From positions 434,001 to 498,000 of the forward strand of contig LSRY02000033.1 in assembly GCA_001643675.2 (NCBI GenBank): a stretch of 64,000 bases of DNA, read 5' to 3'. The DNA is from Monocercomonoides exilis PA203 (lineage: Eukaryota > Protista > Preaxostyla). Position numbers and translations under genes: made by a program. Every line of letters starts with the position of its first letter. The stretch's first letter is position 1. Shown here piece after piece: positions 47,243 to 58,358 of the stretch. The notes beneath the pieces are model-generated. The model did not search any database and was not told where the DNA came from. It saw only the letters and a list, made by a program, of their open reading frames with translations.

Positions 47243-48253
47243 GAGAGCATGTATGCATGAGAAGTTAATGTTGATACATTTTAGAAAGAATAACCGTGAA
47301 GGAATTGATGAAAAAGAAAGAGAGAGGAAATAAAAAGATTATATGTTGTTTTATGTCTCCGTTTGGAGCGATGATGATTTTGCTCTTTTGTTTGTTCTTG
47401 ATCATTTTTTAATATTCTAATTTAAATGTGTTTGAAATTTTTTTTTTAAATACAACCACATCCAGTTCTCATCAGCTGAGGCAAGGAGGCGGACGATGGA
47501 GCTTCTTCTGTCTCGGTCGAGGGTGTTGGACATTCTGAATGACAAGACATTTCCAAATGTGACTCTTTTGACTTCTGGATTGAGTATGTTGAATGAGCGG
47601 ATATACGTTTTGTGAGTTTTGTGAGTTGTGAGTTATTTTGGTTTTAAAAATAAATGGAAATTTTGAATTGACTTTTTATTTTTGTTGTTGTTTTGTCTTG
47701 TCTTGTTTTGTTTTTGCATTTTGCATTTTTCATTTTGAAAAGTTTCATATTTCTATGCATTGTTCGTTTCACTGTTTTATTCTATTTTATTTGCACATAT
47801 TCTTTATCAATTATTTTTCCTCATTTCTGTTTTTTTTTTCTTTCTTTCTTTCTTTCTTTCTTTATTTTTATCTATCAAGCCAACATTTCTGGCAAAAGCG
47901 AAAAGGATCTGTTTGAGTCGCTGTTTGCGCGGGAGCGGGCGGAGATGGCGCTGGAGCAGCAAAAAGAAGAGAAATCCTGGCTTCAGCAGTGGCACGCTTC
48001 TGGAAATGGAGGGAGTGGCTCATTCAATCGGAAAGGAGCATACAGGCGGAAGGATAACGATGGAGAAGCAAATGTTGGGAAAATGGGATATGAGAAAAGG
48101 AATGCTGATAATGTGAAGAAAGGAGAAGAAAGAGAAGGAGGAGAAGTGGACGAGAATAAAAGTATGGATATGAATGCAGATGTTGGAGGAAGTGAGAGAA
48201 AGGACAATCAAAGTTATGGTGCTGTTAATGATAATATTTCTTATGATCAATAA
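44945..48253 (+). CDS. Multi-exon coiled-coil protein (possibly cilia/basal-body associated, BBOF1/CFAP157-like C-terminal motif)
   Basis: Frame-consistent splicing MATQRTI|SVSGPPLGY|TPLAP..WKQ|DSIRP... over more than 10 exons. Contains ERTELQQFLQQCIKD and RRRTMELLLSRSRVLDILNDKTFP. Family assignment is weak. Confidence 0.7.
46748..46880. repeat. Intronic (TTTCTCTC)n-type pyrimidine microsatellite
   Basis: Read directly; lies upstream of exon 46897-47090. Confidence 0.9.
47142..47247. repeat. Intronic (GAGAGAAA)n/(GA)n purine microsatellite
   Basis: Read directly; lies downstream of exon 46897-47090. Confidence 0.9.
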
Positions 48254-48626
48254 TGAAATTTCAGAAAAGATTGAAAGTTAATATTCCATTATAGAATTAC
48301 AAATAAGAACTTGAGTGTTAAAATCGTTATGTTTTTCTGGCTAATGCTTATTCATTGCTTTTATTTATTTGTATGATATTTTCACTTCAATTTCGTTCTT
48401 TATTTGTCTAGTTTTTACTTTTTTTAATTTATCCTTTTGAGTTTTGCATCGTTAATACATCAAAACTGTTTCGTCTTTTAAATCACTTCAACATTTAAGT
48501 TTATTGTTTGAAAAATAGTTGCAATGCAATGAAATGAAACATTGTAAAAAATATTCGCACGAATTTCAATTTATTAAGGTTTAATAATTCACAGAAATTT
48601 TCAACGGGTTTTCCGTTCATAATTCA

Positions 48627-49952
48627 ATGTTTACACGCAAATCACTAAAAAGTTTTTTGTGTGAAGCTGCTTTTCTTGTTTTTTCTTTGCTGACATGGCT
48701 TGGATGTGGTTTGAGATTTTGGAATCTTTATTTATATAATTCATTTCATTTGCAATAATTTCCAGTTGCATATTGCATAAAACCTGCACATCAATCTTTT
48801 TCTCCAAAATCACTTGAAATTGCAAAGCATTTTAATACAAAGGAAACTGTCACATTTACTCATTTAATTATTTTCACAAGTGTAGTATCTATTGTGTACA
48901 TGATTGCATTTGCTTTAACTTCGCGTAGCAAAATAGCTTCTTTCTGGATATGCATCGTAGCATTTATATTTGGATTTGGAATTGATCAATCAATAACTGT
49001 TTTACTCAAATATAGTGTTGGGCGCCTCAGGCCAGATTTTCTTGAGCGTTGCAAAATTAATGTAACTGAATACAGAAACATGGTTTCAAAACAGATATCA
49101 GAATACGGGATAGAAACTACTGCTGATTATCCATGTACTGGAAAAGAAAAAGATATTCATGAAGGTCGATTATCATTTCCCAGTGGGCATTCATCGACTT
49201 CAGGATTTGCAGCGTGGTATTGCACTGTATTGTGTTTTATACGTTCGATGCTATATTGTAAGAAACTTAAAAATGAGAAAAGGAAAAGGGTTTACTATTC
49301 TTTTAAGTATTTTTTTTTTATTGTCTTTTATGTTTCAATCTTGAAAATTTGTAAGAATCAACCTCTGCTTGATCCTTCGAATCATATTCCTTCGTATTCA
49401 ATAAATCAAGTGCTTGAAGAAGAGCAAGTTCATTCATCATCCGCTCCAATGACCACAGCTGTTGATGTTAGTGTTGGACAAAATGAATCTCAAAACACAT
49501 ATCATCAACCTCCTATCACAAAGAATGATTCTAATGTTATTTCTGTGGATGTTTCGTCAAATCCAGTGAATGCAGCAAAAGGTACAACTTTTGTATCCGT
49601 TGATGATACAACCCCGTCTTCAATAAACCAGAGTTACTCCTTCGATGCATATTCCTCATCTTCTTCTAATGGATCTTATGAAGAGTTAGATTTTGCTCCA
49701 TTGATAACTCCGCTGTGTGTGTATGTGATTGGAACGCTGCTGTCGCTGATTCCGATTCTTTTGTCTCTCTGGATTGCTGCCTCTAGGGTTAGTGACCATT
49801 GGCACCATCCTTCGGATGCTATTTTTGGATGGATTCTTGGTCTTGTCAGTGGAGTGATGTGCTTTCCTTTGATATGGACAAAAGAAAAACAATTCGAGAA
49901 AGATTTTCTGATTCAGGAGACTTTGAAGATGAGGAGAGGAAAAAAAGAATGA
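48627..49952 (+). CDS. PAP2-family lipid phosphate phosphatase (spliced)
   Basis: C1 KYSVGRLRP, C2 FPSGHS, C3 SRVSDHWHHPSD; TM helices; probable first exon MFTRKSLK from 48627. Confidence 0.92.
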
Positions 49953-50395
49953 ACAAAAAATAAAATTGATAAATACAGATATATTAGAAGATATTCACAT
50001 CATTAATATGTAACGTTTGTGTTATTTTTTTCTTTGGAATTTATTATGTTTCAAGTTAGTTTCTGTGAAAATAATTTGATGAAAGCATCGAATTGATATC
50101 CAAATTAAAGATTTTTATTAAAGGATTATGTATTGTTTCAATGTCTTTCGTTTTTTATCTGATGATTATTTTTTTATGACGTTATGTTGTTTTCGATATT
50201 ACTCTTTTTTTGTAATCAACACAAACACCAAATTTTTTTGTATTTCCTTGAAATGGGGTCTTGATCAATCTCACTGGGAAAAGAATATGTTTGAAAAGCA
50301 ATTATTATTCTTTAAAAGTTTCATGAATAAATTTTATGAATATTGTTATAATTTTATAACTGCTTATGGAAAGATAGATTTAAATATTTGTCTCA

Positions 50396-51913
50396 ATGAA
50401 AGTGACATTGAAAACTTTGACATCAAAACTTTATCCTGTTGAAATTCAACCAACGGACAGTGTTTTAACATTAAAACAAAAAGTTGAAGCAGAGCATACA
50501 TTTCCTGTTGCTTCTCAGAACTTAGTCTACAACGGGAGAGTGATGCAAGATTCTCAAACTTTGTCCGAATTGGGAATAGTTTGAAGCAATTTATTCTTAT
50601 TTTTATTAGAATATTTTCTTTTAATACGATATTTATGAATAATTTTATTTTGTCCGATTGACGAATACAGAATGATGGATCTATGATCATTTTCTTTGTA
50701 AAAAAGGTTTGGTTTTTAATATTTTTGCTTTCAATTAGCATTACTTTCGCTTTAATTATTTATGCAGATTGCAGCCAAACCGTCTGCTCCCACATCACAA
50801 CCCACAGCACCCCAGCCCAGTACAACAACAGAAACAGCTTCATCCTCTGCACCCTCATCTACTCCGTCTGCAGCTCAACCAGCTTCTCAACCATCTTCAG
50901 CACAACCAATATCAGCACAACCAACAGCAACACAATCTGCACCCACCACTTCTTCAGTAATTCCGGCTTCTAGTTCTCTTCAAAGTTCTGCTCCTTCAGC
51001 GTCAGCATCAGTTTCATCTGCTACACCTCAATCTGGAACTACAGGAACAACTCAACAAAGTGGAATTCCTGATGTTGATGATAATAAAATTGAAGAGCTT
51101 GTGTCAATGGGCTTTGACAGAGAAGAATCGCGCAGGGCGTTGAGAGCTGCTTTTGGAGAGGTTAGCGTGGCAGCTGAATATCTGATGAGTGGTATTCCTG
51201 AAGATTTGGCTGGAATAGCATCTGGAATGCCTCTTGCAGGTGGAATGGCAAGAGGATTAGGGCAAGCACCTCCAATGCCTCAGTTGGGAGCTCTTCCTGG
51301 ATTAGGAGCGGGTGGCGCCGGAGGCTTCACCGCTCCTCCAAGTTCTGGTGTTGGAGCAGGAGTAGGAGCTGGAACTGGAACCACAGGCGGATCTGGAAGT
51401 GCTTTGGAGCAATTGAGGGCGTCTCCTCAGCTGCCACAACTTCAGGCGATGATTAGACAGAACCCTGCTGCTTTGTCCCAAGTAATTCAAATGCTGTCGC
51501 AGCAAAATCCGCAATTGGCTGTGGAGGCTCAGCAAGATCCCATCGGATTCACTGCAGTTCTGATGGGTGTGGAAAGGGGAATGCTGGAAATGATAATGGC
51601 GCAGGAAGCAGCCAGTGGGCAGCTTGGAGGAATGGGTGGCTTTGGCGGGATGGGTGGAATGGGCGGAATGGGTGGAGCAGGGGCTGGTGCTGGCGAAGGA
51701 ATGCCTGGAGAAGGCATTAGATTGTTTGGAGACTCAGGTGCTGTTATGCATCGGACGTCAGAGGGAATTGCCGTGGCCATCTCACAAGAGGATAAAACAA
51801 GCATTGAACACATCAAAGAAGTGACTGGAGCTTCTGATCAGCAAGCACTTGAGGCATATTTTGCTTGTCAGAAGAGCGTTGAAGGAGCAATCAACTTTTT
51901 GTTTGACTCTTAA
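50396..51913 (+). CDS. RAD23: UV excision repair / ubiquitin receptor RAD23 (UBL-UBA-STI1-UBA); exons 50396-50578, 50671-50706, 50768-51913
   Basis: UBL MKVTLKTL..QNLVYNGRVMQD; UBA IEELVSMGFDREESRRALRAAF; XPC-binding LEQLRASPQ..IRQNP..QQNPQL; second UBA ALEAYFACQKSVEGAINFLFD. Confidence 0.95.
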
Positions 51914-53708
51914 ATGCGGAAATTTATCCAAATTTGGCAGATTTTTATGACTTTTTTCAAAATGTTATTTTTTTATTTTCTTTGATTTATCTTTTTGTTG
52001 CTCATTTTTTATCTTTCCCATTTTTAAAATGAAACATTTCAAATATAAAAATCAATTTCATAATTTGGAAAGGAAAAGAGATAGACGCATTATTTGATAA
52101 ACTGTAAGTTGATTGATCTCTTTTATTTGTTTTTGAATATGTATTTTTTTTGTGTAATTGTTGTGGCAATACACTCTATATAAATCAAAACAATTATTTA
52201 TTAATTTCTTTTAGAAAATATGAAGTTATATAATTAGAAGTTTTTATCAAAAATATGTTACAATGAGAATATTTGGTAAATTCTTATTGAAATCATGATA
52301 AATCTTCAAATTTTTTTGTTACAAAAAATATGTAGATAATTCCAAAAAATGAATAATTCCAAAAATATAAATAATAATTATTAATTTTAAAAAAAAAATT
52401 TTTTTTGAACGATTGATATCTTATTCAAAAAGTCTCTTTTGTTTGCAACTTGATTTTCATAAACAAATCATTTTTCAGTCACTTTTCTCACAAAAAAGCA
52501 ATAAATATCACATGAATTCCAAGTATCAAAAATTAAAATAATCACGAATTAGATAATTATTTTCTATAGAAAGATTTTATTTTTTTGTTTTTTCACAAAA
52601 AGTGATTTCAATTCGTTTGTTTTTGTTTCAGTGTGATATAATCCAACACATGTGCATTTACCGTGTGTACAACATTTTTTTCCTTTTAAATCTTAATGGA
52701 ATATATCGTGTCCAAATGATATTTACGTTTTAACTCAGCAATTTATATTTGTTTGGTTAATATTACGATTTGGAAAAATAGTCCTAACTGTATATAATCA
52801 CATCTGGTTTAACACCACTTATTGTTATCAAATCTGTTTGTGAATATAAACAATGTCGCTCAACACACACAGAAAAAAATAAAAATCAATCCGTCAATCA
52901 ATAAATATTGTGTGTATTTTTGCTCTTTAGTATTTTTTTTTACAAATACATTTTCTTCAACGACAAAAACAATTTTTATCAATTCTTAATATTAAATAGA
53001 CTCAAATAAACACATTTTTAAGTTATTGATAAATGCAATTCACGAACAAAAAATCGATTCTTTTTGAAAAAATCTCCCAAAAAATTTATTGAATGAGATT
53101 TAACATTTTTGGACAAATGATTATAAGTGATGAAAAATAAATGGATAAATACAAAAAATGTTCAAGCAACCAAAAATGTGATAATTAGCCAATGAGATAA
53201 TATTCGATGTGACAACATCAGGTAAGAACTGTTCGTCAAATTATTGAAAAATGAATGTTGCTAAATAGTAACTTCAAGAAAATATCACTTCTTCTTGAAT
53301 TCTTGCAGTTTTTTTCAGCATATAATTATTTCACATTAAACAGATGGATTGGATATTTCTTCTCAAATAAAAAACTTTGTAGATAAACCACATTCCGAAA
53401 AAATATAAGATTTCAGAAATAATAAATTATATTTCGAGTTCAGAATGTTTATGAACGTTCGCTGAAAATTGATAATACCACTTCTTGATTATTTTGTCAC
53501 AAACTCATCTCATTCATATTATTTTGAAACCATTATGAAGTATAATAAATTATGCAGAATATTGCTTTTGCCAATGAAAGACAACATTTCAATATTCAGA
53601 ACACTTCATATTTTTATGACAACATTATTATTCTATCTGTGAACGAATTTCCATCTTATTTCTTAAACAAAAAATCATGAATCCAAATAAATGGTTAATT
53701 ATTTTTTT

Positions 53709-54055
53709 GGTGAGAGTGGACTCAACCGACACCCTAAAATAAACATTCATAATCATTTTTCCAACATATTAAATGATAAATATTTTATAAATTCTAATTT
53801 TATTAAGAAAAATAACTATATTCAAATTAAAAAAATCATCTTCTTTCTTATCATTTATTTACAAAAATAACTGGATTTTCTAGGAAAACCCTAACTTTTT
53901 TTCCTTTTCTTAACCCTATCAATTAAGAATAGAAAACAATAAGTTAAAAAACACTCAAAAATCTATAATTCAGAGTTTGTTTAAGAAAAGAAATAACATT
54001 GACATAAATACAATGGGCGTGATAAAAATAGGTGTTGATTGATTCCACTTTTACC
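53709..54055. mobile_element. Small degenerate MITE with about 25-bp imperfect TIRs and 8-bp TSD (Merlin- or hAT-like)
   Basis: Left GGTGAGAGTGGACTCAACCGACACC versus reverse complement of right GGTAAAAGTGGAATCAATCAACACC. Both flanks are ATTTTTTT (53701-53708 and 54056-54063). Confidence 0.6.
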
Positions 54056-54856
54056 ATTTTTTTCATGTCATTTTTGTGAAAATTTCATGTTAAAATGAAT
54101 ATTGCACATAATGCTTAAACTTCTGTTCCAACTCACCAAATTTCAAATGAATAGTAATAAATGGGTGATTATTTTTGAAATCATATTTATTCTTTCAAAT
54201 TTTTCGAACCGAAAATTTCTTTTGAATGCCAACAAATGAACACTGAAAAGTGAACAGGCATATTCAAGATCTCTTTAATTTAATTTCTGATCATGCATTT
54301 GTATTTGAAACAGTTGTGATAATTATAGCATTTGAATACAAAATTTCTTCCCAAAGGCAAACAATCTTCTAAAAACCAACACCCCGAAAAAAGATATGAT
54401 TTCAAAAATAATAACCCATATTTAAAATGAGAGATGAATAATCAAATTATAACAAATTGAATATCATTCCCCTCCTTGACAATTATTTTCTTATAAATAT
54501 TTCCAATTGTTTTTCTTTATAAAATACAAATATTCATCACAATATAATCCATGTTTCAAACTAATCATTGCAAAACAAAAAGTGGAAGTGTAACATTAAT
54601 TATGAATAGGTGTTGTTGTTTTCACAAGAGCATAATACCCAAGAATAATATACACATTTTCGAAAATTGGCCTATTATTCAATAAAATCATATCATAAAC
54701 AAGATTATCATAATATATATAAGTTATATTTATCATCCAAATTGTTAAAAATCATTAATTATTCAAAGTGTTTCAAACAAAACACACCAAAATCTCGAAT
54801 TTCGATAAAAACAGGAATCTAAAATTAAGAGTAATTCTCCACTAAGTTCCCTTCTC

Positions 54857-57800
54857 CTACGACCCCTGCAACCTGCGCGGTGATCCGGCAGACCCAGACG
54901 AAGACGAGAAGATCGACGAAGAAGAGCGAGGAGACCCGATTCTGCGGGAAGAAGGTGTTTCTGGCTTGCGCGAGGGAGAGAGCGGGCCAGACGAGGCAGA
55001 CGAGGAGTCGGTGGAGATAACCAGCTTGCGGTGCACAGATGAGCCGGCAGACGTCGGTGACGTCGATCGGCCTGCAGAGCCCAGCCTTGAGCTCCCTGTG
55101 GACGACAGCAGCCTCCCCGTAGTGCCTGAGGGGGAAGAAGTTGCAGAGGACTGAGATGCAGAAGATGAAGGAGATGAGGAAGAGGATGATGAGGATGATG
55201 AGTTGGAGGATGGCATGTATGTGCCGTCCGCTCCTACAAGCGTGCCTCCACCCACCATACTGGCTGGACGCAGCGGCATCGAATGTCCGCCCATCCCACC
55301 GCTGTTGGCAACATTGTCTGAAGAATGGTCGCCAATGATTATTCCGCCTGATTTGGGGTCAATCTCTGGCTGCTCAGAGCCATAGAACAGCTTCGGGAAC
55401 CGCGTTCCAGACGCTGAATGAGTCATCGCACGTGGCAGGTTGCACTGCTTGATCACCAGATGGATCTTCTTCTCGTTGCAGAGCAGGCACGCCCCGCTGT
55501 TCGAGTCGCGGTAGTTCGATGATGAGAACACAGTGAAGCACTTCCCGTTCAACGACAGCTGCATGCCATCAGCCTGGTCTTCGTGACCACGAAGCACCAG
55601 TGTCAATCCAGCATTCTTCAGGAATGAGTCAATTGCAGGCTGCCCAAACATCACAGAGTCTGGGCCACGCACACCGACACAGTAGCCAGATGGGTCGAGA
55701 ATACGCTCAGGAGGTGCAGGATCAGCCCACAACAGGTCAGACAGCAGCGGGCACGACTCGTGGAAGCCCAGAGTGCCTGGCAGAGAGGGAGGGAAGGCGC
55801 GGATGGCGTCGATGCGGGACTCGTTGGACTGGTGGAAGAAGGCCTTTGAGGGAGAAGGTGCCAGTGTGGATGGGATGGAGGACAGGAGCTGTGCTGTGGA
55901 TGGTGAGGCTCCCATGGCGAGTGCCTGCTGTTTGGACTCCAGCGCCATCTGTGCGGCGGTTGACTGGGAAGACGAAGATGCAGCAGTGGCAGCTGCCAAT
56001 GATCCCATCAGTGCTCCCTTGTTGGAGCCCATTCCACCTGCGCCTCCTGCTTTTCCGCCCATTCCGTCGCCGAACAGATTGAAGTTGAAGTTCAGCATGG
56101 ATCCTTGGCGCAGCATTGACTGTGCCTTTTGGATGTTCACAGTTTGTGGTGGACGGATGGCAGGAGAAGGTGGAGGAGGTGTGGGTGATGGAGGAAGGTT
56201 TGGACGAGGAATACCTGAATGGAAGAAGAAAGGGAAGGAAAAACAGAAGAAGACCAAGAAAGAAAATGATAATAAAAAATAAGAATCAATTATTTTTTGG
56301 TAATTTTGAATATTTTCTACTGCAATGAAGCAAAGGGTAAATATACCTCCATGAACGCAAAAGATTTCATGATCGATGATAGCAGCGAGAGGAAGACAAT
56401 CGAATGCTCTGTTGATTGCCCAGAACACATCATCTCCACGAGACTTAAATGCATTTTGACCTTTCAAGTGAAAGAAATAAAAATAATGATAATATTTTTA
56501 TTGTCAATAATTTCATGTCATTTGAATTTAAAGCAATTTGTTTTTAATAATGATAATTGAAGCAAGTTATTAACGAAATAATAATGAGAAAAATAATAAT
56601 CAAAATAATAACAATATTAATTTTAAAAATAAAAGATTTCATACATTGCAATCTGAAGCAGCCCTGTCCATAAGTCTCAACCTGAGAGTTGACATATGAC
56701 AGTTCGTGGTTACCACGAAGAAGGAACACTTTTGTCTTAAAAAAGAAATATATCACAAAACACAATTTAATCAATATAACAGTTAAAAGAATCATATAAA
56801 CATATAAAATTTATTTCAAAGAAAAAATTCATCCAGAACAACATACCCGACTGCAGATTTTGTCAATAAACAATCTTGCCACAACTTCAATTGAATGGTC
56901 ACCTCTATCCACGTAATCACCCAGAAACAGAAGTTTGTGGGGAAGCCAGCCCATTCGACCAGTTGGATTGAAACGAGAAAGGTAAAAGCGGAGATCTTTG
57001 TAGTTGCCGTGGATATCTCCAAACACATAAACTGGAGAGCGAATCTCCAATACTTTGTTTTCCATTGCAACCAATGATCTAACCTCTTCTGCCAGCTGAA
57101 TGAAAAGGTCTGCAAATTGATAAAGTGGAGTTGTGTGAACGTATTTTCTTTCTTCAAATCTATTCAACAATGTTGCTATTTTTTGAACAACTGGAAAATC
57201 TAGTTCGGGCATAAGTCCAACTATAGAACGGTAATAACAAAAAATAACATTAAAATTTATGATAATCAAAAATATCTTTTAAGAAAAATATATAAACTTC
57301 ACATACATTGCTCTTCATCATCAGACACATAACCATCCGATGCAAGATTTGCCATAGATGGAACAGACGAAGTGTCTTTGAAGATTGCAGCATGCTCATG
57401 AACAGTATAGTGTTCTCCATCACTTTGACCCTGGGTCGAATGAGCACCTTGCATTGCATTAGAAGCCTTGATTTGTTCAAGTTTTGTTTTTAAAAGCTGA
57501 TTTTGTCTAGTAAGAAATGTATTTTTTTCTGACAGCTGTTTGCATTGTTTTTCTAATCGTTGAACAGATGCAATAGAAGATCTTAATTCTTCTTCTTCCT
57601 CTTTACCGTCCTCATCACTAAAAGTATAAACCTCTTGAATTTTTTAAAATAAATAAGCAATACTTACAAAGAAGATAATTTCCAAATATTTAAAAAACCT
57701 GAATGTCCTTTTGCTTTCATTGCGCTGATTTCTCCACGAAGCTGATTAACTTCCTTTTCTAAAGCATTGTATGATCGCTCCATTTGACCGTAGTATTTTT

Positions 57801-58002
57801 CAGTGGCATCTAATATATATGCACATATATAAATATATTGTCAATTGTAAATACACAGGGATTTAATCATTTCTATCTTCAAACCAATAATTCGTACAAG
57901 AACTTGTTGAACAGCTGGAGTAAGTTGAGATACGGTAAACTTTGTGTCAACTTTTTCTGTAAATTTAAAAATTCTATCCAGCGCTTCCATTTGAGCTGAC
58001 AT
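54857..58002 (-). CDS. PPP-family Ser/Thr protein phosphatase with N-terminal coiled coil and low-complexity insert/tail (multi-exon)
   Basis: VFGDIHG, LGDYVDRG, LLRGNHE, CVHGGI|PRP, DLLWADP, LRGHE, TVFSSSNY; probable start MSAQMEALDRI at 58002. Confidence 0.92.
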
Positions 58003-58358
58003 TTGCGACTCACAAATTCCACCAGATCAAAAAAAGCAAATGATGGTTATCTTAAAAGAAAACTATCAAGATAATACAAAATTTAGATTCATTTTAAACA
58101 ACAATACTGACCATTTCATTATAATGCTTCGAAAATCATTTGACAATAATAGATATTATTTTTGAAAAATTAAAACTGTGTATTGTCAATTGTGGATATC
58201 AATAATAACGCTATATAACAACTGCTGTAAATGTTGCAAACCGAAATAAATATGCCAAAAAGTGTCCCACTATAATTACAATTCTATTACATTTATTTAT
58301 TTGGTTTTTTCTGAATAGATATCCGTTGTAAATTGTTAATTTACGTTGAACAAACAAG

